From Geosiphon pyriformis uo1 (taxonomy: Eukaryota > Fungi > Glomeromycota), in NCBI GenBank assembly GCA_016748015.1, contig JAAOMT010000223.1, forward strand, positions 9,754 to 73,753: 64,000 bases of DNA, written 5' to 3'. Every line of letters starts with the position of its first letter. Position 1 is the first letter of the stretch. Below the pieces are notes generated by a model that saw nothing but the letters and a program-made list of their open reading frames with translations, did no database searches and was not told the origin of the DNA. The position numbers and the translations under genes were made by a program. Of the stretch, positions 51,330-64,000 are shown piece by piece.

Positions 51330-54300
51330 TACTTTAAATAATAATGAAGTTATGCACTTTTATTATCTTTTAGTGTTTTTAAATAAAAAGTAAATCACTT
51401 TTAAGATTATTAAAACTCAAATAAAAATAGCTATTAAGAAATTATTTGTTTTGAACATTAATTTTTTAGTAGTAAAAAACAAATTAATAATAATAAAAAT
51501 TCAAGTAATCAAAAAATTATTCTTATTAGTCAATAATTTTGGAGGAGTTACTACTTTTTTAAAATTTAAAATAATAATTAGATTTACATTTATATTAAAA
51601 AAAAGCATAAAAAAGACCATATTATTGGCCAAAAACATTATGATAAATAATAATATTAAAAAACAAAAATTCTGTTTAGATTAAACTATAGTAATCAAAA
51701 AAATTCTTATGAATATGCCAAAAATAATTGTTATTACAGTAACTAAATATAGTTAAATAGTATTAATCTAGTTATAGTTAATTAGACTATAACAGAAAGC
51801 TATAATAAAATTTGTCAAATCAAGTTAAACCAATTAATTAATATTAAAATGGATATTTTTATTTAGAAAAAATTTAATATATATAGCCAAAGCTATAGAA
51901 AATCACAATATTTAAATATTAAGAAATTAATTTAAAATGTTTTTGTTTATTTTGACTATAAAAATAACTGCTTATAATTTAAATATTTTATTAAAAAAAA
52001 TAGTGGAAAAACATATATAATTAATTAATTATTTAAAACTGGTAATAGAATCTATTATGCTGTGATTGATTTTGAATTAAAAAAAATTTTGAATCAATTT
52101 TTACATAAAGCTAATTTTTAATAATATAAAACTTTTTTGAACTAAACTAAATGTAGTTTATTGTGAAAAATATGAATATTTTAGATATTTTGTTCTGAAT
52201 TGTAATATACTAAGTACATTTATTCTTCTATTTTTAAGAATATATAAGAATTTTATTTCAAAAGCAAATTGTTTTTAATTGACCAAATTATATATCAAAA
52301 AAAATTTTTTATTTTACATTTTGCTGTTTTTAGTAACAAATTATAAACTTAAGTGGTTTTATTAGCTTCTGTTTTTAATAATACTTGCTTTGGTTTTGGT
52401 TTTAGTTTGTCTTTTTTTGATACTTTATATTTTGATAGAACTCTTTTTGCTCTATAAAATAGTTTGTTTATTGATATTTTTTTGGTTTTTTTAAACCATT
52501 TTTTGGAATTTTTGGCTAATTAAATGTTTAGTATTGTATAAGAACTTAGTAATACAAATTTAATACTTTTAGTTTTTGCTTTTTAATTTTTTTTATCTGT
52601 TTTTGTGTTTTTAAATTCAAGTTTGAATTTAAATATAATTTTAGATAATTTGTAACCATTTTTTTTTTATTTTTTTTAGTTACAATAACTAAAACTTTAA
52701 ATTTAAATATAAATAGGTCTAAGATTTTAATTATCAAAGTAAAGATTTTAATTATTAAAGTAGATAGCTTAAAATTAAAAATAATTGCTTTTAAAATTTT
52801 TGTTAGTTCAGTTTTAATAAGATTAAATTAATTATGTTTTGGTTTAAACTTTTTAATATATTTTTCACTTTAATAACCAATTATGTTTAAAAATTTGTAA
52901 TATGTAATATTAGAGAAATAAACAATTTGGCTAAACAAAAAGATATTATTAGATAGCATAAAAATTCTAGCAATTTGGTTTTTATACTTATTAAGACAAA
53001 ACTAAAAAAATAGATTAAGTTTTGAATTATAAACAGATTTTCAGATGTAAAAGTTTTTATTTTTGGTTCAGACACTAATTATTTAGATTTAAAAGTAACA
53101 ATAATAATAAATAATATTTTTGTTTAATATATATGCAAAGTTTTTAAAATTTTTAGTCATCTTTTTTAATTTATCTGTTATTTGACAATAAACTTTTAAT
53201 AATAATACTGAGTTTATATGTTAATATTTTTGTTAGTATATATTTTGATTGAATTTGTAAAATAAATTTATATATTGTTAAAGCAGTTAATTTAAGTTTT
53301 TATGTAATATTAAGTGGTAATTTTAATAAAAATATAATAAAATAAAATATAAATCTGAAAAAATATTTTAATTTAGATTTGTATAATTTTCTTTCAAATA
53401 ATTTTGTTGTTAAACTTCTAATTTAAAATAATTTAAAAAGTATAAAAAGACTATAAATTATATTTTTATTAATAAATATTTTTTGATGGCTGTAGTTAAT
53501 CAAAAAATTAATAGTGTATTTGATTTCTTTAATATTGATCACATGGCTGTTATAATTTCTTTTAACTTAAGTGGTTTTTTAAATAAATATTTAAATAAAA
53601 TTTAGAAATATGCTAATAAAAATTAATAAAAGTTTAAGATTAAAAATATGAATTATGCCAAATAAACATGTTTTAAGAAAGTCTTTTTTGCTAAGTTTTT
53701 AATAGTAATAAATAAGTTTGTAAATATAAAAATTCTTGATAATTTAGATGTTATATAGAAAATATTAAAAAAAATAATAATAAATTTAGCTAATTTGATA
53801 TTTTTTAGACATTAATTTAGCAAGTTTAAGTGTTTAAAAAACTAAAGTTTTTTGGATTAAAATAGCTAATAACTAAGATTATAAAGAAATTAAGCTTAAA
53901 CAACAGACTTAAATGTGATTATTTCATTAAAAGATAGTCTACTATTAATGATAAAAAGTTTTTTAAAGTTAATAAAATTATAATAAAAAAAGCAAAAAGT
54001 ATTTATAGTGCTGTTTAATTTGTAATCTTATTAGTATATACTATTAAGTTATATAAAAGAAGATATTTTTTTTAGTATAATAAGTAAAATTTGAATAAAT
54101 AAATTAGTTTTAATTATTGATAATCTATTTAATAACAAGATTGTCAGTTTGTTTAAAATATTAAATAAACTTTAAAAACATTATAATAACATATTAATAA
54201 GATGTTTTTTGAATCTAATAAACTTTTATTTAACTTTTGACAATGTTTTAGTTTTTTTGAAAAACAGTATAAGTTTTAATAATTTTCAAGTTTTATAATT

Positions 54301-56613
54301 GGAATATTATTTTTACAAATATATAGCTTATTGTATTTATTAAGATAACTAAAAAAATTTTTGACAAAATTTTTTTGATTTGTATTTTTTTGCTTATAAT
54401 AAATATAATGTTTTTTAAAATGCCAATTTCTTGGTTTTGAAAGATACTTTGACCCAATTTTTTGTGTTTGCAATTGGTTTGATAATAAAAAATACTTTAA
54501 AAAAAAGTTAAGAATTTTAATTGGTTTAATAAAATGTGTGTAAAACATATAATTTAGTTAATTAATATTATTTAGAAACTAGTTTGAAGTATATGTTAGA
54601 AATAAAATATTATGATTAAAAAAAGATTTATATTTAAAACCAATTTGCTCAAAAAATTTTTTAATCAAACTTTATACTATTTATTTCTGTATAAATTAAA
54701 GTTTTTTAAACAGATATAAACAGAAAGTAAAATAACTTTAGTAGTTTGGTTTTTTAATACAATTAAAATTCTTGGCCAATTATTTAAACACTACTTTTTA
54801 GATTTGCAAGTTTTAGAATAGATATTTATAAACTTACTATAGTACTCAATTAAGGTAAAAATTAGTCCTGTAAATAATTATTTGGTAAACATTGTAAAAT
54901 TTTTTCTAAATAATCAGATTTCTTTAATCAACAACTTATTTAGCATATTTTGTAGTTTTTATTACTTTTTAATATCCAAGATTTTGGAATATTTTTATTA
55001 TTTTAAGATAATTTACTCTTTGAAATATTTTAGTGTTGTTTTCAGAAACAAGTTATTAAATAAACAAAAATTAATTGTAAATTAAAAAATTTTTTATTAT
55101 TAAAAAAAATTAAATCTTAGAGACTTAATACTATTATAACTTAAAAAAACTTTAGTTTTTATAAATAATTTCTTATTAAACCTAATAAAATTGCTCTTAT
55201 TTTTAATTGGTTAAATTTTTTGTGTTTAAGAAAATTTTTGAATATTTAAAAATATTTGCATAGATTATAAACAAGTATTTTTAATGTTTATATTAATAAT
55301 TTTTTAAAATATTTAAATATGGTAAAGGTGGTTAGTAAAATAATAGCTTATTTTTTTAATAGTAAAATAGATATAAATATAAAGATACATAAATTATTGT
55401 TTTTAATGATATTGAAATTACAAATAATTGTTTTAATATTAAAATGTATTTTTTTTTCTGCTTAATAATTTTGCATATAAACAGTTAAGCTATTATAAAT
55501 ATATGTGTTTTAGATTTTAAGTTTTATCTATTTAATTTTTGAAATAAGTATTAAATAGAAAGATATTATATGACTAATTTTAATTAAATTGAAAAATATT
55601 TTTGTTAAATAGGTAAAAATTAAAAATTATTTGAAAAATACAGAAAATAACTGAACTGATGTTTTTGTATATATTACTATATAGTCTTGGGTTATTTTTT
55701 CTATTGAAATTTGCAAAAAATTTATTGTGGCTAATAATTAAGTCATATTAAAAAATACTTATTACTTTGTTTATAATATCTATCAGATTATAGACTGAAC
55801 TAGTATGACTGTAGTTTGATATTTAAACTTTTACATGGTTTCAAAGTTTGCTAACAAGACTTTAACTGTTTTTGGGATATATTTAATAAAAACAGTCTAT
55901 AAAAAATTATTAATTATAATTAGAAAAAAACTTTGTAATAAAAGTTATTTAAATATTTTGTGTTTAAGGTGTAATAATATTAAACTATTTAATTATGTTT
56001 TTATGTGTTCAAGAAATGTTTTTATTTGTTCTAAAATTCTGTTGAATTATATTAATTTATAAAAGTCTTTGATAAAATCTTATTTTCTGTTATTATTCTT
56101 GGTATTGTATATTTTTTTTTGAAAATTTTGTGTAAAAACTTTGTTTTTAAGAACTGGACTAATAAGACAGTATTAATTTTTAGTAATAAAAAAAAAACTG
56201 TTTTAGTGGTGATTGATTTTATTTATTATTTAGTCGAAAAATATAGTAGTAAATTATAGTTGTTTAGATTAAAGTTCAGGGTAAATATAGAAAAAAGTGA
56301 TTTAATTGATAATATAAATATAATAACTGTTGGTTTTGAAATTTTTTTAGTGTTTTGTTAGTTAAAGTTGTTCATTTGCTTAATATTATTAAGTTTTTTA
56401 CTGTTAGTTTTAAATTGTACAAAGTTTATTTATTTTTTTTAAGTATTGTTAATAATATAGAAATTTATATAAGTATATAGTATTGTTTTGATTGGTTCAA
56501 GTGGCTGTTCATATGTAGTAAACATATAAATCATATTTAATTAGATTTACTTAGTTTGTTTCTGTATATTAAATAATGATTGGACTGTACTTATTAAATA
56601 TAGAAGTAAAAAA
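51330..56613 (+). mobile_element. LINE copy C: very decayed, with internal ORF2 deletion
   Basis: Colinear with copy B from mid-ORF1 to the 3'UTR and A tail; junction ATAA at 52873-52876; tether/RT region shortened near 54000-54280. Confidence 0.8.
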
Positions 56614-57097
56614 TTAATTAATTTTGTTATTTTGTTATTTTTTTATTTAAATAATATTATATACAAAAAAAAGTTTTTAAAGTTAACATAATTTATAAAA
56701 TAAATTTGATTATACCAAAAATAACAAGTTTAATAATATTAAATTAAAGAAAAAAATTGCAATTTAAAATATAATATTAACTAATTTAGATAACTGGTTA
56801 CATACAAACAAAACATAATCAAATTTTGTTTTTTTATAAATTGTTAATATTAATATTTTAAACTTAAAATTATTACAAATTAAAATAAGCATCGCATATT
56901 TTTTATTCAAAAAATAATGTATTATTTAAAAATCTGAAATAAAAAATACAGTTATTAACAGCTAAAAAAATAAAATACTTTTTTAATTCCGAAAATATAA
57001 AAAAACAAAGATAAACATGACAAATTTAAAAATTAAGATTGATTTAAGCAAATAATAAAACTTGTATAACACAATTGTACATCAGTAATTTAAAAAT

Positions 57098-58694
57098 CTA
57101 AGCTTGCATTATAGATAATTGCTCCTCTGGCAAATTAAACCATTCATCTTTTAGAGCATCATTTGCAGTCGGTCGACTATTAGAATTTTTGTTCATCAAT
57201 TTTTCCCTAAACTGTTGAGCGGATGAAGAAAGTGAAATATGGTTGTAAATTATAGTATGTTTGAAAAGATTTCCAACCATCCATATATCTCCTGCAGCGC
57301 TANNNNNNNNNNNNNNNNNNNNNNNNNNNNNNNNNNNNNNNNNNNNNNNNNNNNNNNNNNCGAATATCCCGATGGACGACGTTCATCTTATGAAGTTTTT
57401 CTAGCGTTACAAGTACATGCCGTATAGCATCTCGCAGCTCGGGTTCACATTCAGGAAATGTCTTAAAGCCAACTGGAGCCAAATGTACTACCACTGAGTG
57501 ATTTGTAAGGTAATAGTCAAGAACCTTGATTGGCTCTAAGCCTGGAAGCGTATTTTGGTAAAAATTTTTATGGAAACCTAGATCAACAATGCTTGTTTTG
57601 TCTATTTTTTTAATGATCTTGTCGAGGAGTATTGTAACAACACAATGTGACCGTTGGATATCATCGAATAGCCTCAATATTGGAGCTGTGATGTACTGAT
57701 CTCGACACAAAGTCCGAAGAATCCGAAAAAAATTGATTGTGTACTTAAGCACTTGATAGTTGTATCCTCGGTTTGAACTGTTAAGGACCAGATGTTCGCC
57801 AATTGTCTGACGTCTTGGTATCACGCCCGTTGTATCATCCACGTAATAATAGTAAAATTGCAAATGTGTGCCCCCCANNNNNNNNNNNNNNNNNNNNNNN
57901 NNNNNNNNNNNNNNNNNNNNNNNNNNNNNNNNNNNNNNNNNNNNNNNNNNNNNNNNNNNNNNNNNNNNNNNNNNNNNNNNNNNNNNNNNNNNNNNNNNNN
58001 NNNNNNNNNNNNNNNNNNNNNNNNNNNNNNNNNNNNNNNNNNNNNNNNNNNNNNNNNNNNNNNNNNNNNNNNNNNNNNNNNNNNNNNNNNNNNNNNNNNN
58101 NNNNNNNNNNNNNNNNNNNNNNNNNNNNNNNNNNNNNNNNNNNNNNNNNNNNNNNNNNNNNNNNNNNNNNNNNNNNNNNNNNNNNNNNNNNNNNNNNNNG
58201 TTCAACTGGCAATTTTTGAAGTAACTTTGAGGTAAAACAGTTTTCAAGATTGCTGCGTGTGATTGGTTCATCGAAGGGACGACAGAGAAGTTCTAGAAAT
58301 GATGAGGTGTTGTCAGGCATGTCAAGTCTAGCACGCTTCGCAAGGTGTTCTAGAATAACCATAGAAAATAGAAAGTAATAAGCGTTATACACCAAATATT
58401 CTCTTAGATATGGATATTCCTTCCATAAAACGCATATGATTACAAAATGAATGAATAGTAATATAGATTGTATGGATGGAAAAGTGGAATTTACAAATTT
58501 GTTACCTGTATCATCTATTGCTGCACGTAGTTTTTCTGCCCATTTTCGCAGCTCCTCCTTCCACTCGTCCTTCTGTATCTCCAGCTTTTTTTCTTGCTTT
58601 TCCAGATCTTCCTTTTCTTCTATCCATGCCTCTTTTTCATCAGTATCCGTCCACTTTTTTACTCTCAGATTCCTCTTCAACTCTTCTAATCTAT
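57098..58694 (-). pseudogene. Main body of a Crinkler (CRN)-like kinase gene lacking its 5' end (coiled-coil header, intron 58505-58350, kinase domain)
   Basis: Charged helix RLEELKRN...WAEKL; G|gtaac...ttctag intron; KRAR; HLAPVG...ELRDAIRHVLVTLEKLHKMNVVHRDIR; AGDIWMVG; RPTANDALKDEWF. No stops in the visible exons; two N gaps. Confidence 0.8.
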
Positions 58695-59552
58695 TAAAGA
58701 TACCAACAAATCTATTTCTATACAAACTATTTGAAATGAATTAGCTTAAGAAGAACTTCACTTGTGCATTCCTTGTCTCAAGCCATTAATTTCCAAATCA
58801 AATAAAGAAAAACATTTACAATGGGCTCATACTTATGAAAATTGGACAGTAGAAGATTTTAAACAAGTTGTTTGGTCAGATGAATCTACATATATACAAT
58901 TTAGAACTACAAGATTTGGACATGTATAGTGTAAACCTTCCAAAGAGTTTTATAAGGATTGTATTACAGTCACAGTTAGAAAAAGCTTTGGTCACATGTT
59001 TTGGGAATGTTTTTTATGGATTGGTTTGGGTCTTTTAGTTCTTTTGATTGGTCATATTACTGGAGTTATACACCACAAAACTTTGGCTAATTATGCAATT
59101 TCTATGGTAAAACTTTATGCAAAAAAAACTAAAAAAAAGTTTTTTTTTCAGAAAGACAATGCACCAATCTACACATCAAAAGTCGCGTGTTCTTTTCTTA
59201 CTTCTTCAAATATTGAATTACTTCCTTGGCCAGCACAAAGTCCTGATATTACTCCAATAAAAAATTTTTGGTCATATATTGAAGTTAAAATTTGTCAACA
59301 TAATTCACAACTTTCAAATATTGTGGAATTAAAACAGTAGATTAAGGAAGAATGGGATACAATATCTGCAAATTACTATCATAATTTGATCAAGTCTATG
59401 TTATGTCGAGTTCAAGCTATTCTTGAAGCAAATGAGGGTCAAACAAAATACTATCATGTATTTTAATATAATAATAAAAAATAAACAATTCATAAGTTAG
59501 TTCTTTTATATAACATATTATAAAAGTGTCCAATATTTTTTATACTCCCCTG
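58692..59552 (+). mobile_element. 3' half of the Tc1 (DD34E) element with right TIR
   Basis: IKDTNKSISIQTI*NEL...VVWSDES...QKDNAP...WPAQSPDITPIKN: 34 residues between D and the E position (now K by G>A). TIR at 59524-59552, then TA. Confidence 0.92.
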
Positions 59553-59589
59553 TATATTTTTATAATAATATTAAGTTAGAAAATATATT

Positions 59590-61480
59590 ATTATCAATTG
59601 TAAACAAACTTACATAAAGACCAAACATATTAATGTTCTTATAATTATTTTCAGTTTTTAAAGCAATTATTTTTTACTTTAACTTATCAATTGCTTTGTT
59701 AAAATATCCATATATACTAAAATTTTATTGACTTTAAGACCAAATATACTACTTAAAACCAAATTATTATTAATAAATTGTTCAAATACAGTAATTAAAA
59801 ATTTAATTAACTTAATAATAAATTTAACTAAAGCAAAAAACTTAATCAAATTAAACTTCAAAAAGATCAACTAAGAAAAAACTACAAAAATATTAGTTAT
59901 TATATTAGCAAAAAAAATAAAACCAACTAAAAAATTAGAAATTAAAAAAAGCATAAAAGCAGTAGTTTTAACATAAAACTTAACATCAATAAAACAAAAC
60001 ACAAAAGCCTTAAAAATCTTTGGAAAAAAAAATAGAAATACTATATAATTAACAGCCAAATAATTTAAGTTTTAATATTTAAAGCAGCATTAATATCTAA
60101 AAGTTTCTATATTTTCTTAAAGTACCAATTATAATAATAATTGTATCTAAATTACTTTATAAGTCAAACATAATCAGAATAAACTAAAAACAATAACCAA
60201 AATAAAATAAGTAAAAAATGAAACAAATTTGATTACTAACTTAAAAAATTATATTACTAATTTTATAAATAATGCAGCCAGAAAAAAAATTTCTCAACTT
60301 GGTTTTGAACTTATTAAAATACAGAATAATCTCATTTTATTTATAAAAAGGAGAATTCTAATACTATTTTTGCTTAGTAAAACTAATCAATAATTCAAAA
60401 CAGATATAACAGCATATAAAATTTTAAAATAAACAACTACATATTATCAAACACTAATAGACTTTAGTATAACATAAGAGATTTTATCAAATACACCAAA
60501 AACTATCTTAATATTAATAGCAAATATATCTAAAGATATATTATATAATATAATAGTAGCAAAAAAGAAACCAAACTCAGAAACTACTAAAAATTTGACA
60601 ATTTTAAGAGTAGTTAAGCAAACAAAACTTGTAAGCTTAACTAAAAAAGCTTTTAAAGACTTTTGAAAAACAAATTTTATACAAAAAAGTTTTATATTAT
60701 TTTTTAATACTATTTTTACATCTAAAAAATCATGTACAAATTAAAAACAGCCTTAATATAAACCAATTTAATCTTAAAAATAACATTAAATATCAGAGTA
60801 AAAACCACTTATCTAGCAAATTTTTAATAATTAAAAATAGTTTTCTAAGTATTATTAACAGTAATACCAAAAACTAATAAAAAAGATATTTTAGTTTTTA
60901 TTTAATCAGTTCAGTTTTCAAAAATAAGTGATTTAACAAAAAACTATTGTTTTGTTTTTACAGTTAACAATAATTTGCTAAAAAATATTATATTTGACAA
61001 TACAACTAGTAGTTAATTTTAGTTTATTTTAGATAATAAACTAAATAATATAATAGAAATCTTATTTAAGATTTTATTAAAAACCACAAAAAATTTTAAT
61101 ATACTAATAACAGAAATAAATAGTCATTTTTACTTTTTAAAATTATTGGTCTTTTTGATTATTTTTTCAAAAAAATAATGCTAACAATATCAAATATATA
61201 AACTATGATAAAAAAAATCAGCTTTTTAATTAATCTGTTATTAAATACTTTTAGGCTTTTTGAAAAGATAAAAACAATATTAAGACTGATCTAAATATGT
61301 TTTTTTAAAAAAATTATGACTGGTAAAAAACCAGTTAAAGATAAAAAAAATGTTTTAGTGGTTACTAAAAGCAGCTTTTTATTATTACTAACTAAAAAAA
61401 AGCTTTTAAGATGTTTTGCTTAACTGTTTTTACAACAAAAAAAACTTCTTTAGTTGAAACTTTGTGAAATACCAAAAAAA
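59590..61480 (-). mobile_element. Decayed coding relic, possibly ORF1 of another LINE family
   Basis: Same strand-composition bias and C>T/G>A decay as the LINE ORF1s; consecutive ORF fragments at 59679-60059; no diagnostic motif. Confidence 0.35.
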
Positions 61481-62596
61481 AGTACCAGTTGTAGCTTTTT
61501 TACTTTTTGCTCTAATTGTGATCATAAAATTAAGAAGACAAAAAGATTTTTTCAAAATATTATGTTTTTAAATAATAAAAATATTTAAGAGTAAAAGGAT
61601 AATTCTATATTTATAATTAAAGTTCAAAAATTTGGAAAATTTTTAATTTTAAAATATTGCTATAAAGTGTTTTAAATTTTAATTGATTTAATAAAATAAT
61701 TAAATAAATAATTTAAATTTTGAAAAAATTATTTCTTAAGAAATGTATATATTTTTCAAAAAATTTATTTTTAAGAATAAATTATTATTAAATTTTTTAA
61801 TCAAATTATTTATTTATTGAAAGCTATTTAATGATATTAAAATGGTTTTTACTAATATTTTTATAAAAATTAAAAATAAACACAGTACTTATAACATATT
61901 CAAAGCTTATAATGAATAAAACTAATTGAAAATTGTAAACAATATTTTATTAGATTAGAATTCACAAAATAATAAATGTGTATTATAATAAAACAAATTA
62001 GAAAACAAACTTGTTTTTTAAATTCAAAGATACATAAAAACACTCGTATATAAGTAGATAATTATTAGATATCTGAACTTTGTTTTAAATAAATAAATAA
62101 ATAAATAATTTTTTTTTTAAATAAACAAAAATATTATATATACATTATAACTTTTGACATTTTTTTATTATATTTACATTAGTTAGAATTCAAGAGAAAA
62201 ATTTCATCATTAATATATGGTAACTTAAAAGTAAGTTATCATATATAAATACAGATTATTATATTAAAAGTGCCAATTGAAACATATAATTATAACAGCT
62301 GTGGTATCTTTTATTAAAAACTACAAAATAATTTTTAACCTTCAGGTTTATTTTGAAATAATATGCAATTATAATTTTTAAGACTGATCACATAAATTGC
62401 TTATACATTGAATTTGTTTTTTTGTTAAAATAATTAATCATTAAAATAAAGTTGTTCAGAAAGCAAAAAGTGAAAAAAATGTATCCGTTTTAAATTGCCA
62501 GATATTTCTATAGATTCTCTTCATAAATTTATTATACTCTGAATCTTTTACAAATTATTATCAACAATAAAAATTTTTTATTCCTTTGATTTCAAA

Positions 62597-63285
62597 TAGT
62601 GTTCCTCACGGTCCGGTTCGATCCGGATTTTAGCAAAGAACCTGACCCGAACCGGAAACCAGTTCGGGTCTAAGAATAGACCCGGACTCGACTGGAGTAA
62701 ATCCGAACCGGACCCGGATCCGGATCTGGTCAAAATTATAATTAAAGATCTGCCGGAAGCCCAATTAATGAAATGTACTCAATTATATGAAATGGTCGAT
62801 TATGTTTTTATAATCCATTGTTTAACAAGATTAATAAATTCTTTGGAATTGAATAATTCATGATGGTAATTTATAGTCTAATAATTGTATATATTATTAT
62901 AAATTATATTAAAAATATCAAATTGAAAATATAATTTAACACTTACAGCTTTATTTTTTAACATATATAAAAACAGAAACTTTCTGTTTTATACTTGATT
63001 CTTTTAATTCAGGTACTTTGTTTTTATGGAGAGATTTGAGATGTTTTCGAAAGCCTGAAGTTTGATCCATCATCTTGAATTTTTAAACTTTTGCCACAAT
63101 ATTTACATATTGCAATTAATATATAATTAATCCATTTTTATCTTTAATTTGTTGTTATTTAAAGTGATTCCATACAAATGATCTATAAATAAATATAATT
63201 AGCATATATACAAAATAAATTTAATATATAAATTTTTTAAATAAAAATATATTACCTATTAGAAGCTGTTTTACTTGATAATAAT

Positions 63286-63325
<40 letters not shown>

Positions 63326-63676
63326 CTTCTTCCTCTTTAGATTCATTCAAGTAAATTATATTTGTTTGTTGTTGAGTTTCATTGTAAGTTTCATCAAAAG
63401 AAATTGTAGATGGGCTTTTGACATTTTTTTATTATTTTAAACCAGTATATAAAAATTTTATAAAATAAAATAAAAACAAACGAAAAATAACTAGTTTAAA
63501 TTTATGAAATTTGTGTATTATGAAAAGCAGCCAATCAACTTCATATTATTATTTTACAAGTTCGGGTCCGGGTATTATCGGTTCGGGTCTCTATTAAGAC
63601 CCGGGAACCGATTAGATCTGCAAAACTAGAGATCCGAACCGACCCGTTAGGTCGGGTCCGGGTCTGCGGAACACTA
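62597..63676 (-). mobile_element. Internally deleted hAT element (1080 bp) with BED-finger relic
   Basis: TIR TAGTGTTCC(T/G)CA at both ends; many subterminal ACCCG/CCGAAC repeats; minus strand ~63180-63025 reads FVW..HFK...CKYCGKS...SGFRKHLKSLH. No 8-bp TSD. Confidence 0.85.
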
Positions 63677-63677
63677 T

Positions 63678-64000
63678 CATTGGATTCAAGGCAAAGACAA
63701 AAATACTCCTTTTGAAGATCAACTTTGAAATCATTTTAAATTTTTATTTCGAGACAGTCTAAACGGATTCAATTCTGCTGATTTTCATCAGTTATGTGAT
63801 AATAAAGGAGCAAGAGTAAGCGTAATCAAAGTGAAAGGAACTGGTCAGCTTATTGGTGGCTGTAATTCACAATCGTGGCATTCTAGGAATGCTTGGTTGG
63901 AGGGAAAAGGGAGTTTTATTTTTTCCCTTGGAGATAGCAAAGTTGGAAATGCTAAACTTAGAAAATTTGCTAGCGGATGTGGACCTTATGATGAGTCCTT
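63678..64000 (+). pseudogene. TLDc-domain gene fragment, cut at its 5' side by the hAT and running off the window
   Basis: HWIQGKDK...QL*NHFKFLFRDSLNGFNSADFHQLCDNKGARVSVIKVKGTGQLIGGCN...SFIFSL; paralog of the gene at 49080-50210. Confidence 0.85.

Noticed and set aside
57835-58725. 296-aa ORF with an apparent hydrophobic/TM stretch and start at 58725
   Set aside because: The hydrophobic part is a 156-nt GT-AG intron read through; the first ~11 codons are antisense Tc1 beyond the breakpoint.

Overview
Very AT-rich eukaryotic DNA with GT-AG introns and four N gaps. The gene families (Crinkler-type kinase, BTB-BACK-TLDc) and transposon types suggest an early-diverging fungus, probably Glomeromycotina; from memory the elements resemble Geosiphon repeats, which I cannot verify. 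Most of the window is nested, decayed transposons: five related LINE copies (APE-RT-RNase H), an old Ty3/Gypsy element (18646-44200, +) carrying a younger dUTPase-bearing copy of its own family (21630-30751, -) and a full-length LINE (34464-41290), plus pogo, Tc1 and hAT relics, a 97-bp tandem array and two TLDc pseudogenes. Main finding: 10366-58691 (~48.3 kb) is a clean reciprocal inversion at a 3-bp ATA/TAT microhomology. Flipping it back restores, in frame, both a Crinkler-like kinase gene and a 1354-bp Tc1 element with TIRs and flanking TAs. Other points: repeat-restricted C>T/G>A hypermutation beyond CpG; a Gypsy with dUTPase, a Cys-rich insert and a 3' accessory ORF reading into the LTR; a conserved ATGA ORF1/ORF2 overlap and a potentially structured 3'UTR in the LINEs. 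All alignments were by eye; boundaries of degenerate elements are approximate.
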